Origin: Azolla caroliniana
Lineage: Eukaryota > Plantae > Polypodiophyta
NCBI GenBank assembly: GCA_043228905.1
Contig: JBHGNT010000012.1
Location: 14,756,001 to 14,820,000 of the forward strand
Direction: 5' to 3'
DNA: 64,000 bases
The translations under genes and the position numbers were made by a program. Below, piece after piece: positions 14,166 to 23,198 of this stretch (position 1 is its first letter; each line of letters opens with the position of its first letter). The notes below the pieces were generated by a model. That model saw only the letters and a program-made list of their open reading frames with translations, was not told the origin of the DNA and made no database searches.

Positions 14166-16946
14166 TTACGGAGAATCACTACTATAACTAATATACAATG
14201 ACGATTCCTCCTCATCATCCTCGGATGTACCAATCAGTGCATTATCTTCGTCATAAACCAAATGGTTTGACTCTAGATTATATGTAGCAGATCTCGTTTG
14301 CCTTTGACTCGAGCCACCTTGTAGACCTGGTAATTTTTCTTTTATTATATCTATTGTTGACTTCCTTAATCATCCGGCTTTTGTAAGTGTGAAGTCGTGC
14401 ACGATGATATCCACATCAGAGATATCAAGGGTCGAGGTGTTACGAATGTTTCGCTTCCTCTTCCTACCTCCCCTTCTTGTTTGGCATTCAATCATCTCCA
14501 ATGTATACTTACCTGTAAAAGCATTTGCACTTCTAGTGTTGTACCAATGAACATTTATAGACTTGATCGTGTTTTCTATTTCATGCATTAGCACTTCTAG
14601 AATTTTACCAACCCAAAATTGGTGGCCATGTGAGTTCTCATCAGCCGGCGTTGCAATCAACATCCCCGCGGTGAGCTCTTGCAAATTTCCTTGCCATCTA
14701 GCTTCGGCTGCTTTGGTCATCCTTGGTCCCACATAAATGTCTCTTTGTTGTGGATGGACCAAGCTGTCATTAATCGCATTTACTAGTCGCTCCGGACTTC
14801 TATTTACGCGATCATGTTGCAGCGACCATGTGAATGGCGTTTCCAAATTCCAATTATCAACAGATACACAATTGTCTATAATTTCTTTCTGATCACTATA
14901 AAATACATCCCACCATGACGTGTCTTGTTGTGCGGCATATTTCTTGGCGGCCTCAATATGCTTTCTTTTTTCTTCTAAGGCTTGGAGCCATGACCGTTTT
15001 TGTTCTAATACCAAGTCGCTCTGCAACTGTCCTTTCTTCTCAATTGGCATTTGCTTAGCTCCATGGACAATTGTACTCGGCATACAAAGTAATAACTAGC
15101 AACCACCTTCAGGTTCCCATGTTGTAGAAGATGAATATTGTTTAGCATACAAAAGTGTAGAACCACTTATTCCATTTTTCTTTATCAAAAAAATGTGATT
15201 GAAACTTATATTGTTTAACTGAGCAAGCACTTTAACATTCCCACCACCCCCATCTAATATATATCTCTTAAAGTCATATACCTCCTTCAAGTGTACCACT
15301 TTTGGGCGTGGTGTATATGCATCACAAATGACATCAAATAGTTTAGGTAAAGTGAAAGCATCATGCCGAGACAACTGTCTGGAGAATGTGCTAAACATCT
15401 GATCTATATGGTCATGTGTGTGGCCAACCAAAAGGAAATTGACTTTCACTTTCCTAAACAATTCTAGGTTGACCAACATACTTAGATAGCCAAATACAGT
15501 TGAATTTTTGTTCTCTCTAGCAGTATTGTCCAATTAAATGTATAGAACAGGGGGGAAAGGTTGTCCCCAAGACATCAAAACTCGGTGAATCACTGTAACT
15601 GTTAGGTTAGGGTCATTGTGAACATTGGGGTAAGTAATGAAGACGTGAGGTCGAACAGACCTATTATAAGCCAAGCATCCCACCAAGTGCATTTGAACAA
15701 GGCACTCATCATTGACATCTTTGGGGAGCCTCCGCATATGCGGCAAGCATGTCTTCTTCTGGTCCATGCCATCTATCATTAAGCACATGTATTGTTCAGG
15801 CCTCTTCAAACACTTCTCTCTATGATGCATCGCCTTCCTTCGTTCTAAGGATTGTGCCTCACGATGCTCTTGTAGTAACTTCTTACTTGTATCCTTTTCC
15901 ATTGATGTCTTTGCACCTTTAGCCAAACTTTTAAGATTTGCACAAATGGAGCAATACCCCATACGTACTTTACGAGGAATAATAACATTTGAAAACCGAG
16001 CTCTCCATAATCTTGTGAATTGGCTATAGGTGATAGACTTATTACGTGAGCCCAGCATTTCAGATCGATAGACATCATAAACTTCCCGACGGGTATAATT
16101 ATCAGAAAGATGCATCCTACCTGTAGTGGGCATTACTTCACAATTTAACTGAAAGTAAGTTTTCATCCAGCCAATAGCTAGTCTTCCAATTGCACCTTTC
16201 ATACTTGGAACCTCTTTACAATTGAGCATCTGATCCCCGCTAAGTAGACGTTGTTGTACTCTATGTAGCCGCATGTTACTAACACATAACACAATTTTGA
16301 ATGCAACTCTACATATCTGTTGCGCATGGAAGATATAATACTCGAATGATACTTTGATCCCCGTACATTTGTCAGATACTAGTTGCATATGTGATCCGAG
16401 GTAAGTGTCTTGCTCATCACCGGTCATCGAAAAATAGTATCGCCTTAATTCTCGCAACTTTGATTTTCCAATCATAGACATACAACCACAGGCACAACAT
16501 ATTTTGTTGACATCAAATCCAATCTGTTTATCTGATGTCACCAAGCTAAATCTAGCCAGACGAATTCTTCGTGGGATTCTTCTAATATGCATAGGGCTCC
16601 CAGATTTCTCTTCCTGCATAGAGGTTGGCGTAACCTTGTTACAGTCTAATTCTCTGTTCTGACCATTGCCAATGTTATTCAATGTTTCCTGGGCACTTCC
16701 TTCATTCTCGGTATCTTTATTAATATCGTATTCTTCAATAGAGAACTCTTCACATGTGTCATTATTTACATTCCCTGTAGATGAGCTCAAACAATATTCT
16801 TCGATAGAATATGGTGAGTCGGTCGAAAGACAATATTCTTCAATCGAATATGGTGACTCTGTTGACAAACAATACTCTTCAGTAGAAAACGATGGGTCTG
16901 ATGACAAACAATATTCTTCAATCGAGAACGGTGAATCTTCACTCAT
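14166..16946 (-). pseudogene. Sola-like (DUF7869-type) DDD transposase, about 926 codons, one frame with three in-frame stops
   Basis: ORFs 15534-16946, 15096-15533 and 14370-15083 share one frame. Motifs CSIC...H, LMIDGMDQKKT, (Q)LDNTARENKN and GHTHDHIDQMFS. Stops are TAA at 15534, TAG at 15096 and TGA at 14370; the frame ends at TAA 14166. Confidence 0.85.
16788..16943 (-). repeat. Four 39-bp (13-aa) tandem repeats S(T/E)(D/E)SP(F/Y)SIEEYCL at the transposase N-terminus
   Basis: Directly visible in the translation; a fifth partial copy FSIEEY follows. Confidence 0.9.
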
Positions 16947-17199
16947 GGCTTAAGGTCTAGATAGGGCTCTCTAAGTTATACTCCTCTCTAACCATATACT
17001 CCTCCCTAAACATGAACTTCTCTCTAAACAAAAGCCAAACCAATAGAATGTCTATATTATGTAATATTCTATTAATACAATACATCTAAAAATTATTTTT
17101 AATAAAGTAATTTAACTTAAATTATCAATCATTATATAAACTAGATCTAAATGATGTTAAATCAAGTAAAATATAAAACTAATCATTAACAAGCCTTGA

Positions 17200-17650
17200 A
17201 TATGTTGGATTAATGTTAAAATCATTGGCTAATTAATGACACCCATTTTGATATAGAACGTCTCACTCATTGGTTCTTTAATGCTCACCATTTTAAATAT
17301 TAGACTTATCAATCATTGGTTAATTCATGCCCACATCTTTAATACATAGCATTTGAGAGTCATAAAATTTGTTGCTTTTAGTAATCAATCATTGGTACAT
17401 TCATGAACCTCTATCATTGTCTCCTTCATAACCTTTGAAGTGATTGTAGGTTGTTATGACTATAAAAGATTGATCAATATGTTAGTTTGACTTTGTAATC
17501 ATTAATACAATCATAAGTTACTCTAGTTAATGTGACTATGGTTACCAACTAACTATCCTCAAAGTTACCAACATTGGTTAAGGTGACTATGGTTACTTTA
17601 ACCATGGGTTCAATCCCTATAAATAGGAAGACCTCATCATATTTCACTCA
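17200..17650 (+). promoter_or_regulatory. Pol II promoter of the methyltransferase gene (within the divergent intergenic region)
   Basis: CCTATAAATAGG at about 17617, an initiator-like TCACTCA at about 17645, and four TCATTGG (reverse CCAAT) motifs at about 17222, 17267, 17313 and 17389. Confidence 0.6.
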
Positions 17651-17651
17651 C

Positions 17652-17723
17652 CAGAGCGTACAGAGCGTACAGAGCACACAGAACACAGAGAGCACACAGA
17701 GCACACAAAGCACTCAGAGCACA
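17652..17723 (+). repeat. 9-bp tandem repeat (CAGAGCACA-like, about 8 copies) in the predicted 5' UTR
   Basis: cagagcgta cagagcgta cagagcaca cagaacaca gagagcaca cagagcaca caaagcact cagagcaca. Confidence 0.85.
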
Positions 17724-17768
17724 AAGCTCGAAAGCGCGATCTCCGCCTCCACTTCAACACGATCAACC

Positions 17769-20700
17769 ATGTCTTCAAAGAGAATCGAGCGCGAGGACTC
17801 CAGGTAGGCCTCTGACACTGTGGACATTTTTGTAAATATGTTTCGTTTCTCAAGAACTCGATACGGCGTATCGAGTTCATGTATACAATACAAATATTTA
17901 TACACGAACTCGATACGGCGTATCGAGTTCGTGTTTAAAGTGAAGGTTTTAAACACGAACTCGATACGCCGTATCGAGTTCGTGTTTAAAGTGTAGGTTT
18001 TAAACACGAACTCGATACGGCGTATCGAGTTTGTGTTTAAATTTTAAACACGAACTCGATACGCCGTATCGAGTTCGTGTTTAAAACCTACACTTTAACC
18101 ATAAACTCGATACGCCGTATCGAGTTCATGTATACAATACAAATATTTATACACGAACTCGATACGCCGTATCGAGTTTGTGTTTAAAACCTACACTTTA
18201 AACACGAACTCGATACGGCGTATCGAGTTCCGGTTTAAAGTGTAGGTTTTAAACACGAACTCGATACGCCGTATCGAGTTCGTGTTTAAAGTGTAGGTTT
18301 TAAACACGAACTCGATACGCCGTATCGAGTTCGTGTATATAAGAAGGCTTTGAGAGAGAGAAATTGTTTATGGGGTGGAAATGATATCAAATTGTCTGGC
18401 AAAATCAGTCTTTTTTATGTTGACTTTACTTACTTTTAAAGAAATACATGCTCTAATTATAGGTGTTTTATGACCTACTTTAGCTTAAAATAATAGAAAA
18501 TGATCTACAAATTGCCTTCACTATGGCAAATTATCCTCAATATAGGTTTAGAATCTATATAAGTCATACCTACTATTTAAAAGAATATATAACCCGTTTT
18601 ACTTATTACGATATATATTTTCTAAGTTGAATAGCCCTGCCTATAATAGATTTTTGAATATGTTACTGCTCCTGGAAACTGTTCTTCATTATAATATACA
18701 ACTTCAATCTACGTGACTGTCTAACTTATGTTTTTGCATATACTTTCTTAAATAGGTCGTTTGAGAACCTGTCGGACCGACCCGTGAAGAAAATTAAGCT
18801 TCGCATACAAGGTTCTCCAATCGAAGCCCAGACCAAGGTAACTCCTGAGACCATGAAGAGAGGAAAAAAGCTTCTCTTTAACGAAGAGACAAAATCTCAG
18901 CCACATAGTGATGTTAGCCAAAAGAAACTTGTCGCCGCTACTGGAGGCGAAGACCTTCCTGACCGAGATCTAACGGACAAGGAATGGTGTATGCAATATG
19001 TCGACTCAAAGAAAAAAGTCGTATTGTATACAGCAAAGAAGAAGGGTGAGGGGCAGCTTGGAAAAGAAACCCCATTTATGTATGGCCGTATTCTACGATT
19101 TGACTACGAAGATGCAGATTCGGCCAACATACTGGTAATGATAGAGTGCTCCAAGGGGGTACGTAAAGTGTTCCTTTCAGAAGACCTTTTAGTAAAGGAA
19201 TCTTGTGGGCCTGAAGTGTTCAAAAAAGCACTTGATAACTCACAAAACCTGATTGTTACCTTGAGGCCTTATATACAAGGCCATGTAACTCTAAGAGATG
19301 AAGAGCCCTCCCCCTTGAAGGCCACAAAAAAGGTATCCAAAGTCCAGTCAAGACCAGCCAAGAAGAAGACAACGAAAATGTCGGATACGAATTCAACAAG
19401 TGAAAATGAAGAAGAGGATAATAAGGGGACGCCAGGAGCCGAGCTGGCCTCGGGTGTCTTGTCATCCGAGCAGAATAAAATAAGGAGAGAGTTAATGCAA
19501 CGGAAGCTGGTCAGGAAAGGGCAAGTATTTAATTTGCCTATAACACACATCCATCGACCCCCTATTGATGAAAAAACAGGTCGAAGACCACTTGAGATTA
19601 GAGAGCCTCATCGCATGCATGTTCAAAATCTCAAGAAAAAAATGAAAATTAATCCTCATGCCACTGTGGTGCCTTTTATTGTTATGGTGGATCCTGAAGA
19701 ATGTGAAACCATTGAAGATTTTGATATCAGAAAGCATGATCAATATAATTATTTTGTCATTGGTGGATCGCATTCAGCAGAGGCACGTCGACAACTTGTG
19801 AGAGAACATCCAACCACTTTCTTCTTCAAGTATGCCGAGTGCAAAATTTATGTTGGGCTCACAACCGAAGAGGCTAAGCTGTTGGCATGGGACCATAATA
19901 ATGATAATGACTATCGGCAGAAAATGTCGTCTATTGAGCGTATACGGTTCTTCCACCACGAGTATTTAGATGTGAAACAAAAGTTTGGTGTGAAGTTACA
20001 TCCAGGCCTTCGACGTCAATGTCTGCATGAAGTCGGCATTGTGGTAGATGATAATGTTAGGTCCGATGGTCTTCGAAAGTATGAGTCTTGGTTTCAATTG
20101 GCGTTTAGAGATGGAGAAGTATGGGACCTCCAAGATCAAATATTCTCAATGTGGGAGAATAAGGAGGTAAAGGGTCAAGGACAAAAGAAATGTAGGGTTG
20201 ACCCTCAACTAGAATTAAAGTCACAAGCCGCCAAGAAAATTGACTTGACAATTGAAGAAGCGGCAGACGACATGAAGCAGTCTCTATGGAGAGCGATGCA
20301 AGGTATTAAGGACGAGCAGCTTCTTGTGTCGGTTTTGTCAAGGGTTGTGGCGAAAGATTTAAGCCTTGAAGAAATGGTCACTGAGTTCAATAAGTAAGTC
20401 TTTCAAATACTGAAATTGTAGTCTATCTGGTGTAATTCAAAGTTCTAATCTTGATTTCTAATTTTACAGTCATAAGGTGTACATGAAGATCCAAGAAGTT
20501 ATGATGAAACAACTTGGATGTATAACTTGGGAACAAGTGACCGAGGATTATCCTCTAACGTCTTCGTATAAGGCGTTATCAGAGTATTTTATTGCATTCA
20601 AGGATTGGGTTAGTATTCATGTTTTTTCATTACCCTTTCATCATATGTAGAGCTTGTATAATAATACCTGATGTCCTATTGCTTCTATTAGAAACCGTGT

Positions 20701-21981
20701 CGAGGCAAGAAACAAGGAGAAGTTAAGGATATACACGATTTCCCTACATCCTTCCTTGCACATCTCGAGCGAGCCAGAAAAGAAAAGGATCGTCGCTTAG
20801 TCAAGGCGTACGAAATGGAGGAAGATGGCTCGTTTAAAAAATTTAGCCACAAAAAAGATATTACGAGAGATCTTTACTACAATGTGGTTTGCGGTGATGT
20901 CATCGACTTGATCCAGAAGGTGCCAGAGAAGGAATATACGCTAATGATTGCGGATATTCCTTACGGATTTCGAATGGCTGGGTCATCATACAACGATGAA
21001 CCGTTTAGGTTTAAACAATTGGAGAAGATGGTCAAGGATTTCGCTGAGCTAACGACCGCATCCTTGTGGCGAATAGTTGTCTTTCATAGTATGGACCAAG
21101 GGTACTCAGTAGCTCAAGCTTTGAGATCTCGTTGCCATGGCATCGAGAACCTTGCATGGTAAGGATTATTTATAGGTGTCTTTCATTATATTGCAATTCT
21201 TAAGGTTGTTGAATCTATTCTTAACTCGATGAATTATTTTTTATAGGATCAAGACCAATGTAAATAGAGGGCCAACTTTTCGGTTCGTTAATGTCATTGA
21301 ATACATAACGGTTGGCTACTTCGATGAAATTAAAAAACAGAGAATCAAAGAGCATTCTAATGAAGTGGGAGGTTCAAATCTGTTGGTATATCCAGCAGTG
21401 ACTCGGAAATTGCGACATGTCACCACGACAGAACGGGGACTTGTCAACCCATACCAAAAACCTCAACGACTTATGATGCGCTTGATCGAGATGTTTTCTG
21501 TCGAAGGAGACTGGATATTAGATCTCTTTTCTGGCACAGGTATTCCTCGAACTAGGGTAACGATCTTGAGATAACCAATCACTTTTTTTTCGTTTGACAA
21601 CTAAATCGTCTTGTTACTTACATCATAGGAATTACGTCAGCATGTGCATTGAAGCTGTTTAGAAATACAGTTGCATTGGAGAAGGACGAGGACCAAGTTA
21701 TATTTATTAATATGCGGATTAAGGCTTTGTGGGAGTGCCCAGACCAGGATGAGGAGGTCGGTGCAAAGAACCTCGCCAATACAGAAAGGTTTCAACCTGC
21801 TTTGCGAGAGCCTATTCCTCCGTTAGCCGGCGAACCGGGGGAGCTAATAGAGCTTGATGATGAGCTTATAGAAGATATTTCGTTGGCTCGGCTAACAGGG
21901 GAAACCAATGCACGTATAGCCGAAGAGAGTTCTACACAAGATGATGAAGAAAATGACGTTGATGAATTGATTGCTATGTAA
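17769..21981 (+). CDS. Six-exon gene, about 974 aa: ParB/Srx-like domain fused to a beta-class N6-adenine/N4-cytosine DNA methyltransferase
   Basis: Exons 17769-17803, 18756-20393, 20470-20608, 20692-21158, 21247-21539 and 21629-21981 (2925 nt). All five introns are GT-AG and every junction keeps the frame. MTase motifs in beta order: IADIPYG (motif IV), AWIK, EYITV, NPYQKPQRLMMRLIEMFSVEGDWILDLFSGTGITS (X-I), RNTVALEKD...MRI. ParB-like segment: YFVIGGSHSAEARRQL...HNNDNDYRQKMSSIE. Confidence 0.88.
17855..18331. repeat. Array of ten perfect palindromes AACTCGATACG(G/C)CGTATCGAGTT, period about 51 bp, inside intron 1
   Basis: Core starts at 17855, 17907, 17958, 18009, 18053, 18104, 18156, 18207, 18258 and 18309. 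Many copies extend to TTTAAACACG...CGTGTTTAAA. Confidence 0.97.
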
Positions 21982-22399
21982 TAGACTCTATAAAGAATAT
22001 GACACTGACGATTTGTTAAGATTTCACATTATTAATACAAATTTTGGGTTTTACCTAGTGGATTCTATTCTTTATAATCATCTATATGTTTCAATTTTAT
22101 TTTTATATACTTGATTAGTAGATTTATGATATTGGTTTCACCGCATGCATAGCTGACTACCAAACTTATGGAGAAACATGAACTAGCTTAAATGGAGGCT
22201 GATTTTGGTCCAAGCTAACCTTAACAGAACATGGCCCTATAATTGTTGCCATGACTGTCCATGTTGTTATTATGGATCTTTGTCTTATATTGTTAAAACT
22301 ATTATGTTTCTATTCCATTGCTGCTTAGATTGTGTAGTGTGTTGATAATGGTTCCAGTTGCGTTATCGTTCGGAGTTTGATCTTGTGTGAATCACCTAA

Positions 22400-22650
22400 G
22401 CAATAGAGTAGATCAATTTTAAATACAGGTATGAAAGCCTAATAGGTTTGTTATTTCCACGACATTATCCTAAAGTTCATTGCCTTACATTGTGCACAAT
22501 TATATACACATATGGTTTGATCCCATATGAACAAACTGAGGAATAGATTAGATCAACTTTTAATATAAGTATTGAATACTTTAATAAGTTAGTTATTCCA
22601 ATCACTTATCCTAATGTGCACTATCCTACATTTTCCACAATTACATACAT
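22400..22650. repeat. Degenerate tandem duplication of about 140 bp in the 3' subterminal region of the DNA transposon
   Basis: The block TAGATCAA...AATA..T..TTATT...TTATCCTAA...TACAT...CACAATTA occurs at about 22409 and again at about 22549. Confidence 0.55.
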
Positions 22651-22993
22651 GCACGTATGGGTCAAAGTATAAATTATATCTCATTTTATTAGTATGGATA
22701 CAAGTACACCTCATATTTTTGTAAAACCTACCTAATTAATATAAGTCTTTAAGTTAGTGTTTCCCTTGTCGCACAATAGTGCCATATTGAGCCATAGTTG
22801 AACTTTATTATGCCTACATTAACTTATCAACATGTCTAAACTTGCATGATTTCTAATGATCTCCACTCGTAGATCTATCATGTATTTTTATATTTGCAAA
22901 TTCTTATCAAGTTGAGGAACATGTGATACTAGTGCATCCAATTATTGTAGAGAGGGTGTATTTTCTTCGTTTTAAGAAGATTCTACAAGTGGA

Positions 22994-23029
22994 ATGCGCA
23001 ATCCTTCCACTTGTGAACGCGAACGTGTT
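22994..23029 (-). repeat. Right terminal inverted repeat
   Basis: Reverse complement of 13808-13843. Confidence 0.93.
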
Positions 23030-23057
23030 TCTTTTCTTTTCGTACCTAGCCTCTAAT

Positions 23058-23167
23058 TGTCAGGAATAGTACCTAAATAGATAGAGAATCAGTAGTAGAG
23101 AAGGGAAGTACTATTAGTACTAAGAGGACTGACTGCGTAAGCCTCACGAGAGAGGAAGAGAGAAAAG

Positions 23168-23198
<31 letters not shown>

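Larger units (their letters stand above)
13808..23029. mobile_element. 9222-bp TIR DNA transposon (Sola-like DDD transposase) carrying a ParB-like/DNA methyltransferase gene
   Basis: 36-bp TIRs AACACGTTCGCGTTCACAAGTGGAAGGAT(C/T)GCGCAT at 13808-13843 and 22994-23029, with 1 mismatch. 4-bp TSD TCTT at 13804-13807 and 23030-23033. Removing the element restores the host reading frame LEARYEKKRLDLL. Confidence 0.93.

Noticed and set aside
14370-15536. U-to-C RNA editing or introns rescuing the transposase stops
   Set aside because: Such editing is organellar. The stops sit in continuous coding sequence, and similar nonsense changes occur in neighbouring decayed elements.
17855-18331. CRISPR array
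   Set aside because: The linkers are short and recurrent rather than unique spacers, there are no cas genes, and the array lies in a spliceosomal intron.
18784-21981. Bacterial or phage contamination as the source of the MTase
   Set aside because: The gene has five frame-preserving GT-AG introns and a TATA promoter, and sits within a TIR/TSD-bounded insertion in a plant retroelement.
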